Below, piece by piece: positions 1 through 14,950 of a stretch of 64,000 nt of DNA (position 1 is the first letter of the stretch; the number at the start of each line of letters is the position of its first letter). This DNA comes from Lama glama (lineage: Eukaryota), in assembly GCA_028534125.1 (NCBI GenBank), contig CM052817.1, positions 1,860,001 through 1,924,000 on the forward strand, in the 5' to 3' direction. The notes beneath the pieces were generated by a model. It saw nothing but the letters and a program-made list of their open reading frames with translations. It was not told the origin of the DNA and did not search any database. Made by a program: the position numbers and the translations under genes.

Positions 1-740
1 ACCCATAGAACACTGGGTTACAGTGAGATTGGGGCTGTTTACTCACCTTGTTTTGTGACGTGCTGAACTGTATATACCAGTCGGGTCATAAATCACGACT
101 GACCCGTCAACAGCAGTCAAAATTAACCAGTAAAAGTCAAAATAAAAACCCTACAATTACCAAATGTATGGGAGACCTTCCCTTTTTGAAATTTCATGGC
201 CTGGCCAGAACTGTTCCTTGGTTCCAAATGTTTGCCAGGTTGCAGTCAGTCTGTCTGTCCTGGAGCAGAGGGAGGTGTGTCGGCAGCAGGTGAAGTTGCT
301 GACCGGGTGTCAGCATGTGTCAGCCCGCGTGTGGACCCGCCCGCGTGTGTGCTTGGGGTGCAGGGACGGGTGCGGCTGAGGAAGCCCTGGCCTGTGTGCT
401 CGGGTGGCGATGACATCAGAAGGGGCTCGGGTCCTGGGTCCTGGGTTTAGCAGCAGCAGTGATGTGGCACACGGTCTCCCTCTTTACCACTGGTCAGTGC
501 TTGCGAGGTTGGTGTCTGGGAGGAGGGGCCGTGACAGGGGCAGAAGCGGGAGGAAGAAGAGTTGTGTGAAAGGGACTCACTCACTCACTTTTAAACTCAT
601 GTTTGCTGAGATGAGTAGATATTACACATTTCTGAGACGCAGAAGCAGTGCAGCATCCCTGCTGCCGTTAGAAGAAGATGGGATGGGTGTGTGAGGGTCG
701 TGAGGCCCCTGAGCCGCCCGCCCGCCCGCGTGTCTTGCAG

Positions 741-880
741 CTCTGCGTTGCTGCTCTCTGCGGCAGCAGCTACAGCCGGTGGGGCCTGCAGCTCATCACC
801 GACCTGCTCGCCCTGAGGAGCAGCTCCTACTGGCTGGTGAGGACTGAGCTCCTGGAGACCCTCGCCGAGATCGACTTCAG
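741..880 (+). CDS. HTT: Huntingtin exon 19 (140 nt)
   Basis: ttgcag|CTCTGC...TTCAG|gtcagt; [47 protein letters not shown]. Confidence 0.96.
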
Positions 881-1302
881 GTCAGTGAACCACGGGGTCG
901 CAGGACCAGAGCTGCTCCAAGGTGTGACCTGTGAGCTGGAGGGCTGGTCAGCAGGTGCGGGCAGCGGAGGCGGCCGAGCGAGTGCCCCGGGTCAGGGTCA
1001 GGGCTGCGCGGCTGGTGCTGCCTCCCCCCAGCTCTGCCCTCAGCGTCACTGAAGTTCTGGGACGGGATGGAAAGAGGAGCTCAGACATCCAAAATAACGT
1101 GGCCTATGTCACTTCTGCTGTTTAAAAGGAACGTGGGTCAGACTGCTGATTTGTATCGTGTTGCAGTTAAAAAGTAACTTCTGATTCTTGCAGTTTTTCA
1201 TTTTTTGAGAGTAAGTTTTGGTTCAGAATGGTTTTTTTTTTTCAGTGCTTTCTTTCAGAAGGGAAGTTTTCCTTTATTGTCCGGGTTCGTGTTTTTTAAG
1301 CC

Positions 1303-1400
1303 ACCACTTACAGAGTACTTGTTATGCGCCCGGCTTGGCTGGGTGCCCCTCATGGGCATTTCCTTTCAACCCCCGGAACATCTCCGTGAAGTCAGGGTGC
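1303..1400 (-). mobile_element. MIR SINE fragment (degenerate)
   Basis: ccacttacagagtacttgttatgcgcccggc...cctttcaacccccggaacatctccgtgaag resembles the reverse complement of the MIR 3' part. Confidence 0.45.
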
Positions 1401-1808
1401 TGCATGGGGTCTGGGGTGACCTGCCTGTCAGCGGGGAGGGCCCGAGTCTCAGCTCCCCTTCCCACCATCTGCTCCCCTGACTTCTTTGGTGGGTGTTTGA
1501 GCTGAACATTCTGTAGGGCACTTGGGGTCTTTCAAAATAACAGATGTTTATATTCATTTTGAAGAAAAATAGTTCACTGAGTATATCTGACTGAGCCTGC
1601 AGTTATGAGAGGAATGTAAATTCTGCTTGTTTGAAAACGTTAGTCACTCTGTGCCTTTAAGTAGGTGCCCCCCACCCCGCCCTCCACGGCTCTTGGATTA
1701 ACAGCAACCTGCGCCTTCAACTCTCGGTCAGTCTTGCAGGCCATCCATCAGTGGCCGTTTGCCGAGTAACTGAATTGTTTCATTGTGAAATGTGTTCTTT
1801 TGTGTTAG

Positions 1809-1872
1809 GTTGGTGAGCTTTTTGGAGGCAAAAGCAGACAGCCTACACAGAGGGGCTCACCATTACACCGGG
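1809..1872 (+). CDS. HTT: Huntingtin exon 20 (64 nt)
   Basis: gttag|GTTGGT...ACCGGG|gtaagc; [21 protein letters not shown]. Confidence 0.96.
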
Positions 1873-2104
1873 GTAAGCTATGTTTTAACTTCCAGGAACG
1901 CACCTTCCCAGTGGCGCAGAGCTTCTTAGAATGCATTCTGTTTTAGGTTTATTTCACAGTTTCGATCATGAGAGTTGTGGTTGTTACGTGTGAATTTAAG
2001 ACTAGTGGGGCTGAGTTCTTCCTCACTGGCTTTCCAAAGTAGCTGACCTAACATTTGGGTAAATACAGAGATTTCATCTGTTTGTATTATCTCTCTTTCC
2101 AAAG

Positions 2105-2205
2105 TTTCTCAAACTGCAGGAGCGAGTGCTCAATAACGTCGTCATCCACTTGCTCGGGGATGAAGACCCCAGGGTGCGACACGTCGCCGCGGCTTCTTTG
2201 ACGAG
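2105..2205 (+). CDS. HTT: Huntingtin exon 21 (101 nt)
   Basis: ccaaag|TTTCTC...ACGAG|gtatct; [34 protein letters not shown]. Confidence 0.96.
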
Positions 2206-2974
2206 GTATCTGCCGAGGGCTCACCTCTTGGTGACGCTTTGCCTGGTGTGCGAGGTGCGCGCGTGGAAGAGGGAGCGGCTCAGAGGCCCCGGGCGGTGCT
2301 GAGGCTTTGAGCTCACTTTCAGCTACTCCTGAAACTGTCAGCAAAGGCCTTACTCACTCACAGGCGTCTGAAGTGACAGCGAGAACAGCAGAGTACTCGC
2401 CTCCTGTTGTCGAAGTAAAGTTTCATGGCCCCAGTTTTGAAATACAGAGAGTAGCACTGAGGAGGAGAGAGACGTTGGCTTCGGCGCTCCCTCTGGGGAG
2501 AGCCGCTGGTGGTGTTCTGCTGCACGTCCTGGGTACGAGTTAATCTCTCACAGTTGGGGCAAGATGTACATGCGACTGCGTTACCTGGTAATTTCCTCTT
2601 AGTATATCGTTGGCATCTTCCTGTTAAAAACATTCTCCTAAAAAAGAAGTTGTAGCTGCCACTGTTGCTTGGGTGGCACCCTGGGTTCAAGGATTCATAC
2701 TTTTGTGCTGAAGCGCATGACGTTTCATAACAGCGCGAGATAAGTAAAGGCTGTAACTGCTCTTTAAGAAAAAAATTTTAGTTAGTGGCCATTTTTTCAG
2801 TATGAAGTTGTGGTAAATTTTTATATATTGTTTGATCAGATAGTAAGTTTTTATTGATGTAAAAAATGCATGTTACTTCAGTGACTATTGTCATACATAA
2901 ATGTCTATACATAATTTTTTTCCTTAGTATTAATTCCTGGAATTATAGGCCAAGCCAGCTTTTTGACGTTTTTT

Positions 2975-3600
2975 TCTAACAGATTTATTAAGGTGTAATT
3001 TTACATCTCTTTAAAATTCACCCATTTAAAGTGTACAATTAAATGATTTTTGGTAAACATATAGAGTTGTGCAGTCTTCACCACAGTCCATTTCTGGAAC
3101 ATTTCCATAATCCCAGAGAGATCTGTTGTGCCCGTGTGCAGTAACTCCCAGTTCCCACCCAGCCTCAGGCAACCTCTGATCTGCTTCCTGCCTCCGGAGA
3201 CTGGCTCTTCTGTGCCTTTTTCTATAAACGGCACCACGCAGTGAGCAGACGGCTTTCTGTCCGGCTCCTGTGGTTGCTTTTTGAGGTCTTGTCCACGCTG
3301 TGTAGCAGGCTCCAGCAGTCTGTTCTCTTTATTGCTGAATAGTGCTCTGTCATGTGGATGACACTTCATTTAGACACTCCTAGGGACATTGTTATTTCCA
3401 CTTTCTGACTGCTGTGAATCGTGCTGCTTGAACCCTTGCCCTGAAGACTTTGTATGTTTGCAGCATCTCTTGGGTGGATACGTAGATGTGGCTGTTCGTA
3501 GGTTTGATGCCTCAGTGTGAAGTTGCTCTCCAGGAACGTGTCAGCTCACACTCCCACTGCCAGCGTGTGATTGTGCCCGAGTCTTCTCACCAAAACAAGT
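2975..3600 (-). mobile_element. Old L1 (L1MB/MC-type) 3' end
   Basis: T-run, then aaattcacccatttaaagtgtacaattaaatgatttttggtaa...gttgtgcagtcttcaccacagtccatttctggaacatttcc, typical of an antisense L1M 3' UTR. Confidence 0.8.
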
Positions 3601-4291
3601 GTTTCAAAATAAGTTCAGTACGGGTCTGTTGCTTCAGCAGACATTGGTATTTCTTTTTTAAAACGACTTTTATCCTATTTTAAAACTAATACATTCAAAC
3701 AAAATTTAGGGAAGCTGTAAAACAGGAAATAAAAATCTTGGTAATCAAACTACTCAGAGAAAAGCAGAGGTACATTTTGGGGGCCGTCATCTCAGCGTTC
3801 GTTGTTGCTGCCTGCTCACTTTGATTACTTGTGAGGTGCACCTTTTCATGTGCTGAACTGGATTTGTATGACTTGCCTGATCAGAGATTTTGGATCTTTA
3901 CTGTTTTCTGTGAACGATAGCAATTTATTATGCCTTAGAAAAAGATTGTGCTCATGACCAGGTCTTCATGGAGGAGACTTTAACTAAAGCTCATGGGCTT
4001 TGCAAACCAATGTGATAAAATGATTGTTTCTGCAAGTTACGTGACCACCAGTAGGTGTGTGAGCGCACTCGTGCACAGCCTGCGGGGAGTGCCCCTCGCA
4101 GAAGTGAGCCCTCCTGTTCTGTATTCTGCCTCGGAGCTCAGTTAGTCTGTGGGGGTCTCAGCTGGAGCTCTGCCACCTGGGAGTTGTGGGTCACTCGTGC
4201 CAACAGAGTCAAAAAAGTAAGGGACAGCCTGTGGCATTCAGATGTGCTCTGTGCTCAGCGCTTCCTGAGGACGGTGGCTTGTTGATGCTGA

Positions 4292-4618
<327 letters not shown>

Positions 4619-6263
4619 TGAGGGTGTTTGGGTAGGTGGTCTTCCCTTGCTAGGAAGTCTCTGTTCCAGGGTCTTGCACCCCATCTCTGTTCAGGCTGAG
4701 CCGTAGTCACCCCTCAGGGACGTCACAAGGCTCAGAGTTTGTTACACGCGCACGCTGACAAGCGTACTTTCCTGTAGGACCAGGTCACTCACGCTGTGTG
4801 TTGTCTAGCACTTGTCCGTGAAGACGTCCACTGTCTCTGTGCGATCCGTGAAGAGCACGGCTGTGTCCCGCCCAGGAGTGTCTAGGTGAGGGGCTGTGAA
4901 GAGCATCAGAGTTACTTAGGGTTAGCGCCTAGTTCAGTGATTTACAATTATTATTCACATCTTCTGTGAGAGTCTTTTAAATACAACTTCAAATGACTGT
5001 ACACAGCCCATTCTTACCTGATTCCCAGATGAGTCGGCATAGATTATAAAAATAATTAGAGCAGAAATGTTTTAATGAAGTTATAATTTTCTTTAGAATT
5101 CCAGTTTGCCAAGAAGGCTGCAGAAGCGATAAGACTATTATGCCTTTTTAAAAATACCTCTCTCTGTTTCAAGTGTTATTTTTAAAATTAGCTTGGTATG
5201 GTCTTTTTTTTCTCGTGAGTGACAATTTTTTTAAAAACTTGAACTAAATGACCTTGTGAGCTGGAATGTTCATTTGATCTTTTCTTCTGAATTTGGAACT
5301 TAGCTTGTCAAATTTTGAAGCTGCTTTTCCTAAATAGGTGTCATCTCTGCTAATGTAAAGACTGCTTGAAAAACACAAGGAAATAACTTTTCAGAGAATT
5401 CCCTTGTTTTAACCTAATTTTCTCCCTTTGAAAAGATTCAGGGTAAATATTTCTTTAAGATAAGCAGAAGCAATGTAAGAATATTTCATTCTCAGGAATT
5501 TGACAACGCTTAGGGTGGCTGCTTGTCAACAAGCTTGCTGTTTTCTAACTAAATGTCATTTTAGAAAATGAGTATTTAGATGCCAACAGAGATGGGTATA
5601 ATATTTCATTGAAACTGGTTACTAACTACTATTTTGAAAAATTTCTCAGTCCCAGACTCGGGCTGCCCTCTTGCCACTGGGCCGTTTCTTGGGTCCTTGC
5701 CTGAGTCCCGCGAGGACCAGCCATGCAGCTCTGTCTGCTGCCGCGGGGTCGGTGGGAGAGGGTGGAGTGGAGTCCTGCGTTCTTTGTCGAGTGCCTTGTG
5801 GACGGGCACCGAGGGAGACAAGAGCGCATCAACTCTCATCCTGCGTGGGCTTCATCGGCGTAGTTGGGGAGTGAGAGTTTGGATGTAACTGCAGGGAGGG
5901 GCTGAAAGGGGCGTGCGCTGCAGGTGAGCAGGGGAAGTGGCGGAGCCCAGCAGTGGGAAGGACTTCCTCAGTCCGGGTCGGGAGTAGGTACGAGACTTCT
6001 AAGCTGAAGCTTCAGAAATGGGCGGCTTTGGGCTGGAGCGAGTCTGCAGGCGAAGCCCCGCTGGGGAGAGCGCTGCTGCGGTCGGGGCAGGCTGGGGGGG
6101 GGGGGCAGGGTCGGCAGCTTCAGCCATTTTTGTAGAATGATGACCTCGCTTACTTCCAGTCTTCCTTTCATGTAAAAGTCAAGACTGCTTTAACTTCTTG
6201 TGGACTTTAATCTTAAAATTCTAAATGCCATTTGAATTTTGAAAATGTCATAAACTTTAATAG

Positions 6264-6491
<228 letters not shown>

Positions 6492-6769
6492 TAGGGCTCT
6501 TACGAGTGTGGCTGGCCGAGAAGCTGCGCGTCTGTGAACAAGAGCCCTGGTTTATTCCAGTGGGGGTGGAAACAACTGTTTTTTTCCCTGATTATTAAAG
6601 TAATATGTGCTCATTGTGAAAAAATTCAGCCTATCTAGGAAGACGTAAAAGTGAAAAAAACTACCGTAATCTGAATTGGTAATACATCAGAAGTTTAAAA
6701 TCTCTCTAATATGTATGATTCAGGGACTTTATAACACACACCAAGGGGGAGAAATCAGAAATGCCAACA

Positions 6770-7180
6770 AAGATTTTTATTGTGTTTGATTATCTGTATC
6801 ATTACTTATGATGCTGAAATTGCAAAAGAACCGTAATGTCCAAGAGTCTAAGAGTGAGTAAGTTCTGACTGTGACTAAGTTCTGTAAACGTAGGCATGTG
6901 TTTACTGTGCAGCTGTCAAATAATGCTTTGGAGGCTTTTTAACAATCTGTGGAGAGGTGACCTGGCTTGTAATATCGAGCGAAAAGGCACAGCACAAACC
7001 TGTGCTTACGTGCAGTTGTGAAGAACAGTGTCCACATGTATACGTTTCTCACAGGCTCAGGAAAATGATCGGCAGAACATTACCAAAGTTAAGTTTGAGG
7101 ATTACGAATGGTTATGTTTTGCAGATATTCACAAATTTTCTGAAATGAGCAAGTATAACTTTCATGATCAGGAAAAAAGG
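6770..7180 (+). mobile_element. Ancient L1 (L1ME-type) 3' end
   Basis: Degenerate L1ME-like 3' motifs (tactgtgcagctgtcaaataatg...aaattttctgaaatgagcaagtataactttcatgatcaggaaaaaa). Confidence 0.5.
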
Positions 7181-7394
7181 AGGTTACACAGAAGTAGTGC
7201 TGATTTGCCGATTACCAGGTTGAACCTTGTCGCTTATCTTATGTGACAGAGGAAGTGCTTGCATGTTGTAAAAACTCAGAAACTGATGACTAGAGTGTCT
7301 TAATGAATGTGTAAGAGTCTTTCACACCTAAACATTGTTTGGGCTCTCTGTAGTTCGGTCTTCCCTTGATTTGTTCAAAATACCACAAACTCTA

Positions 7395-7690
7395 CTTGTT
7401 CGTGTTCATCGTGGCCCACTCATGTCAGATGCCGTTTTAGGCTTGGGATGTAAAAGCAGAGAAGGTCCCTGCCCTAGTGGTCCCTGCAGTCCGGTCAGGG
7501 AGAGGGACATTAGCGTGAGCGCAGGCACAGACCGGGCAGAGGGAGGAAGGGTGTTGCGGGCAGGGGTGACACAGGACGACAACTGAGTTCCAGGCGAAGG
7601 CGCAGACTTCGCTGGGCTGTAACCCGTGTCTCCGTTGTCCAGCCGTGCCTCGGAAGGCATGAGTTTGGGCTGTGGGAGGGCGGATTCCCT
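7395..7690 (-). mobile_element. L2 LINE 3' fragment
   Basis: cccactcatgtcagatgccgttttaggcttgggatgt...ggtccctgccctagtggtccctgcagtcc resembles the antisense L2 3' end. Confidence 0.5.
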
Positions 7691-7814
7691 GTCGTCGTGT
7701 ATAGCTCTCTCAATTTTGTTTTCATTGTTTGTGCTTTCTGTAAAGGGAAGAGGGGGTTCAATTTAATAAACCCTTTATGTCGTTTGGCTGTGGTTTTATC
7801 TTTGCTCTCTTCAG

Positions 7815-7891
7815 TTTGGATGCTGCGAAGCTCTGTGTCTTCTCTCCGCCGCCTTCCCAGTGTGCGTTTGGAGCCTAGGCTGGCACTGCGG
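7815..7891 (+). CDS. HTT: Huntingtin exon 24 (77 nt)
   Basis: ttcag|TTTGGA...TGCGG|gtatgt; FGCCEALCLLSAAFPVCVWSLGWHCG. Confidence 0.96.
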
Positions 7892-8876
7892 GTATGTACT
7901 TCCCTCGGCGCGCGGCCGTCTGCGGCGATGTGGGGCAGTTCTGGGGAGCCCTTTCTTATTAAATCTTTGATCAGTTTGACCTTTTGGGAAAATCTTTAGT
8001 GAAATACTTGCCTCTGCCCTATTAGTTGTGTGGGAAACTAGTGATAGAAGCTGTTGGGAAATGCTGAATTAGTTGTGCTCCTAATGGATGTCAGATACTC
8101 ACTTCTAGGCATTTTGGAGGGTTTTGAAGGTGTGATATGCAGGTTCATTTAAGGGAATTTGTATATGCTGACAAAAGACTTTTCTGATTGGCTTGATTCC
8201 ACTGTTTAAAAATTTAGAATCACTTTTTGTTTAAGCTCAAATGTGACCTGACATTCAAAATCATGATCAGCTGTAGGAGTGTAATGTAGGCGCTGTGGTA
8301 CTACGGCAGCAGTTTCCTTGTGAAAATGGTTCTCTTCCAGTAGACAGCCCTAGCACGTCTGCAGAATGATCTTGAGTCTCCTGCAGCTTTAAGGAGCCGG
8401 CTTCCACATGTATACTGATGACTGCGGAAGACTTAGGAACTCACCGTCACATTTGGAAGGAAAACTGCAGATCGCGCGCGTGTGTCAGTGTGTGGCCAGC
8501 CGACCTTGCTGGAAGTGGCCTGTACTCCGTCTGGGAGTCAGCGAGCACTTGCATGGGTCGTAGACCCCACGTTAGACCTGACTTCCAAGCAACTTTGACG
8601 TTGGAGTAAAATGTGCCGAGTCAAAACTTAGAGAAAGTTAAAAGGTTATCAGAGTAAACAGTTGTAATACTTTTAATCAGATCTGCTACCTGACTTCCCT
8701 TCTGAAATGACACTTATGGAGCTGTGGTCATAGAAAAGGTGTTAGTTAACCACAGTGAAACCTCTTTATGAGCTGGTATGAACAGTGCAGTGCCTTCTGT
8801 TTGGGTCATAAGAGGAAGCAAGACTGTTCGCTTAACGTGTTTTCTGTAGTTGGACCTTGCGAATGTCTGCCCTTAG

Positions 8877-9028
8877 AGTGCCCCCGCTGAGCGCCTCCGA
8901 CGAGTCTAGGAAGAGCTGCACTGTCGGGATGGTCACCGTGATCCTTACCCTGCTCTCGTCAGCCTGGTTCCCGCTGGACCTCTCGGCGCATCAGGATGCT
9001 TTGATTTTGGCCGGGAACCTGCTTGCAG
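8877..9028 (+). CDS. HTT: Huntingtin exon 25 (152 nt)
   Basis: cttag|AGTGCC...TGCAG|gtactg; [50 protein letters not shown]. Confidence 0.96.
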
Positions 9029-9289
9029 GTACTGGCGCTGCGCTGAAGCAGGGATGGCCGGTTTCCCGTGGCGGGGTGGGGGTGACGAGCACGTGGAGGA
9101 CAAGTACTGAGGTCGTTGCCAGTGGCGGCTTGTTCCTGTCGTCCAAAATTTCAGACGCTGCCGGCTTGTGTAAGTGTGGACTGTAGGCAGCTCTTCTGTG
9201 CCCAGCATTTTAAAGTAGCCCCTCCCCAGTCGCGCCCCTCAGTTAGTAGTAGGCCAGCTCACTTCTGATTGCAGTTTGGTGAGCACCGT

Positions 9290-10522
<1,233 letters not shown>

Positions 10523-11074
10523 TGAAGTTGCTGGCTAGGTATCTCATTTGCTCTCTCCTGAAATGTTGGCCAACAGTTTTGCCTTTCTCTGACGTGCAGT
10601 TCAGTAGTGTCAGCTTGAGAACACGTGGTAACTGCACAGTGAGCTTTAGGTGGATGGGCCCCCTTGTGTGTGCTGACTCTCTTCTGTCTCTTCCGCCCTG
10701 AGAGCTCTCCTCTGACTTGGCTGCTCCTCCCGCTGCCCTCCTGTCTCCCGCTTACACCCGAGTCGGCGTCGCGCTTCCCTGACACCGACCTTTGTTGCAC
10801 AGCCTCTGTCCACTGCTTCGGCCGTACATTCCCTAACCCCTGCTGGCCCGACTCCTGCCACTGCTCTCCACGGCAGCTCTCCCTGCCACGCCCACCTTTG
10901 GGTCTCATGGGTGCGCCATCTCAGCACCCATGCGTCCCTCAGGACCCCCTCCTGTGCCTCTGGTTGGCTTCCTGGTTGCCTCTGCCGCGTTCTGCTGCCT
11001 GGGCTGGTCCTCCTGCCCACCACTCGCGCCCCCTCTCTCCCCAAGCTCCAGGCCAGCGCCTCCAGCCCCGCCCT

Positions 11075-11240
11075 GTAGGGGTGGGAGCATTCTGTCTGCA
11101 CCAGCCAGGACGGGTGGCAGCCGAGCACGGGACATGTGGCCAGTGCAACTGAGGAACTGAACTTGTCATTCTGTTTAATTGTCGTGAGATTTAGACTTAG
11201 CCAGCCACGTGCAGAGAGTGCTCCCCGGGGGACTGGGCAG
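11075..11240. mobile_element. MER3-like hAT-Charlie DNA transposon relic
   Basis: acatgtggccagtgcaactgaggaactgaacttgtcattctgtttaatt...ttagccagccacgtg matches the recalled MER3/MER33 core. Confidence 0.65.
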
Positions 11241-11375
11241 CCCCAGGTAGTCAGGTCTGCTCTCTGGCCCTCACAACCTGAACGTCGGAGACCCCAGCCT
11301 GTCCTCGTAGCGCCGGCCGGTGTGGCCAGCTGCCACTGGGCGCTTCTCCTTGGAGGGATCTCACACGGGCTCTAG

Positions 11376-11459
11376 CTGGGCTTCCTCGTCCCCCCCCAGC
11401 CGGCGCCTGCCCCTGGGCTTCCCCGTCCCCCCCTGCCGGCGCCTGCCCCTGGGCTTCCC
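11376..11459. repeat. Tandem repeat, 36-37 bp unit, about 2.3 copies
   Basis: Unit ctgggcttcc(c/t)cgtccccccc(c)(a/t)gccggcgcctgccc; units start at 11376, 11413 and 11449. Confidence 0.9.
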
Positions 11460-12025
11460 TGCTTTGTGTTTGTCAAGCTGGAGGATGAGAGCTGTCACAG
11501 CTCTCCATTTCTCCCATCACGTTCTTTGTGTTCCCTTCGGAGCATCTCACAGAAAAGCCCACGTGCTGATGTGCACACGCACAGACATCTGCGGACACAC
11601 ATGTGAACACACTCTTCTGTGTTCCCCGTCCCTGCTCTGCTCCAGGCTGGTGGAGTGTAGCATTTGGACCACTGCGGTGGCCTTTTTTTTTTGAACAGCG
11701 TCATTTACATCACACAGTTACAGTGTAATTCACATGCCACCAAGCTTGCCTGTTAACTCGTTTGAAAAGCGGAGTTTAAAACGTTGCGCTCCTTTCACGC
11801 CACGGCGCCCGGAGCCTGCTGCCACCGCTCCGGGGCTTGGAGGGGGTGGTGTGCGTGCGGTGGCCGAGCTCCGTGGCCGTGGGCTCGGGGTGCAGACCAA
11901 ACTGGCTTCCAGGTGGGAGGTGAGTTGCGTGGGCCGGTTCTTCCCCGCGCATGGCGGCCTGCGTGCCGCGGTGCTCAGCCCTGCGCTGGGTGTGCGCCCT
12001 TCACAGCCAGTGTTTTCCGTTTCAG

Positions 12026-12152
12026 GCCGCCCTGCCGTCTCTAACCAACCCCCCTTCTCTGAGTCCAATCCGGCGGAAGGGGAAAGAGAAGGAGGCGGGG
12101 GAGCCGCCGTCTGTGCCCGTGAGCCCCAGGAAAGGCGGCGAGGCCAGTCCAG
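12026..12152 (+). CDS. HTT: Huntingtin exon 27 (127 nt)
   Basis: ttcag|GCCGCC...TCCAG|gtgcgc; [42 protein letters not shown]. Confidence 0.95.
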
Positions 12153-13480
12153 GTGCGCGGCGTGGCGGGGAGAGGGGTGGGGCACCGTTTGTAGTGTGGA
12201 AATTGAGATCTGAAGCTTATGCTCACGTCATGGTCAATATCGTAACTGGTTGGCCTGGGGAAATAAAACACACAGTGAGGCCAGGGACATGGTTTCCCAG
12301 GTCTGGTTTCAGATAGTGAATGTTAGTTTACTGAGTGTGCACAGACCGCGTTTTGGTGTAGAGCGTGCCCCTGTCACTTGCTCACAAGGGGTCCCAGGAG
12401 TGCAGGCGTCCGGCCACAGCAAGGAGCTCGCTGGCCGCCTCCTCCCCTCTCCTCACCGCAGGACGGGGTGGGAGGTGCTCTGCTTTCAGGAAGGTGGGCG
12501 GGGTAGACGTGGCAGGTGGAATCGTTGATTCTGATGCGTGGAGAGCCCTGAAACGGCGAGCGGACGGTGTGCCTTCGGGAGGGCTGGGGGCAGCACAGTG
12601 GGGACACGACCAGCCGAGTGAGAGGAACCTGGAGGCTCTCGGATGCTTGCAGGGGAGCATCTCGGAACAGAGGGGGCCAGGGTGCGATGTGACTGGGGTC
12701 ACGCGGTCTGTGCTGCTCTTGAGGCGCACAGGGACAGCGGCGGCTGAGCAGGAGGTGACCACGCCCGGCTGGGCTCCTCCCCACCACTCCCATCTCAGTG
12801 CCGGGCCGGACACGACTTGCGTCCCTTCTGCTTGTGGAGCATTTGTGTTAACGCTTTTAAAAGACGCCGTTTTCCAAGGACTGACGACGGTGCTGGTGGG
12901 AGATTCACCAGCTGAAGAGCTTCAGAGCCTTATGAATGCAGTTACCAGCGTTTGCCTGGTCCCCGTGCCGATGGCTTAGCAGACGAAGGGCTCCAAATCC
13001 CGAGTCTTCAGAGCCTCACGTAGCGCGTGGCACTTAATGTTTAGTGTCCGCTTAATGGTGCCGTGTGCAACCCGTACGGTGTCAGGCCACGCCCGCTCCT
13101 CCTGTGGTGCTCGCAGGGCCCGTGACCTCAGCGGGCCGGGGGTCAGCTCCCTGTGCCCCTGGGCGCCTTGCGCTCCGAGCGGTTTGAGATGGACCGGAGG
13201 CCGCTGAGTTGGCTGTTCCTCAGACTCACGAACCGGCAGCCAGACGCTAGCATCGCACGGCTTTCCTGTCCGTACTTCACTTTAGCATTTCGGGAGGCAC
13301 CCAGAATCTGCTTGTGCCTGTTAGTCAGCTTCTGGTTACTTCTGATTAATCAAAAGCCAGAGGAAAAATTCGAGATTTTTCCCACTAGAATACTTTGTAA
13401 ATCAGTAATTCTCTTTTAAACTTGGTGAGTGTTTGCTTTTGATGTAACAATTTATTTTCTGTGTGTACGTGTTTTTAAAG

Positions 13481-13608
13481 CCTCTCGACAATCTGATGTC
13501 CCAGGACCCGTCACAGCAAACAAGTCCTCATCACTGGGGAGTTTCTATCACCTTCCTTCGTACCTCAAATTGCACGATGTCCTGAAAGCTACTCACGCAA
13601 ACTACAAG
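13481..13608 (+). CDS. HTT: Huntingtin exon 28 (128 nt)
   Basis: taaag|CCTCTC...ACAAG|gtactg; [42 protein letters not shown]. Confidence 0.96.
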
Positions 13609-14569
13609 GTACTGCTTCTTTTATAAAAAGATGCTCGTTCACACATTTCAAAGGGTTGTTGATGTTTTTCTTAAGATTTGTAGGTGATACACATACAGAT
13701 AAGTAAGTTAGGCCTTTGGGATATGAGTCAGTTTTCTCAACTTCACCTTTCAGCTTTGTTTACGTCGCTTCCATCACACAAAAATTCAGGATTTTCATTG
13801 GCAAGATGAGCCCTTTATGACTTGGCGGTGCTATGTCTGGGTGCCGCGTGACTGCCCGACATTCAGGGACCCACTAGAAGGACCCACAGCTTTGACTCTT
13901 CAGCACTGTGATGAGGACACAGCCACACCTGGGGGAGGCGACCTGGGTGGGGTCTGGAGCAGTCTCCCCCGCGAGGGCCACATGGAGCACACTTGTCCCC
14001 CAGCTACGGAAACGCTGCCACGTGCAGGTTACAGAGGCCCCTCTGCCCGCACACCCAGGCTGACCCGAATGCACGCCGAGGGAGTGCGTGTTCAGTCAGC
14101 ACGCCATTTATTCACACGGTCCAGGCGCTGTGAACCACCTGCTTGCCAGGGGACATTGGCTGTCAGTGTGGGACGTTTACTGGCCGAGGTCCCAGGCGCC
14201 CCAGGGCCAGCCTGCGAGCAGGCCTCTGGCGGGACAGCGGCCGCGTGGGCAGTTCCGTGCGTAGGGCTTTCTCCCCTGGGTGAGTCAGGCAGGCCCTCGT
14301 GGCTTCTTTTAGGGCTTTTCATTTTTTAATCCTGTTCCATTTTTGTAAGTGGAAAGTTTACTGTCTGTGATTTACGTAAGATGTGAAGTATGGTGCTCAC
14401 TTAATTTCTTTCCCAGCTCCTAACTGGCTGCCCCTGCACGGTGCCCCACGTCATCCGTTTCCAGCACTGACCAGTTTGGAACACTGCCTTTATCACACAC
14501 TGACTTCTCACAGTTCTGCAGTTTCATTTACTGCTTTACTGTGTCAGTCTGTCCATCTGTTCATCCATT

Positions 14570-14950
14570 AGAAGCACACTTCCTGATTATTGTAGCTTCA
14601 CAGTGTATTTTTGAGGCAATTAGATACCTCATTTTCTTTAGCATTTTCCAGGATATTTTTATTTATTATTGCATGTGAACACTAGAGTAAGCTTATCTAA
14701 TTCCAAAGAATTCTGACGGTATTTCTGTTGAGATTATATTAAATTTGTAGATTAATTTAGGGAGAACTGATACCTTCGATGCTAAATCTATCTTAATGAA
14801 GTATTAAGTGTGAGGTGCTTTTTTTGTATCCTGAAAACTTCTTGTATGTGCCTCAGAAGCACATGAAATTTAAAGGATTTAAAAATAATTTTAAAAGATT
14901 GCTTCACATAGGTTTTGCACGTTTCTTTATAAATGTGACTCAGTCTTTTT
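14570..14950 (-). mobile_element. Old L1 ORF2-region fragment
   Basis: tgattattgtagcttc...gttgagattatattaaatttgtagattaatttagggagaactgatacc resembles antisense L1 ORF2. Confidence 0.65.

Noticed and set aside
11376-11459. 36-37-bp repeats of CRISPR-like length
   Set aside because: Head-to-tail copies with no spacers, in a mammalian intron; an ordinary tandem duplication.
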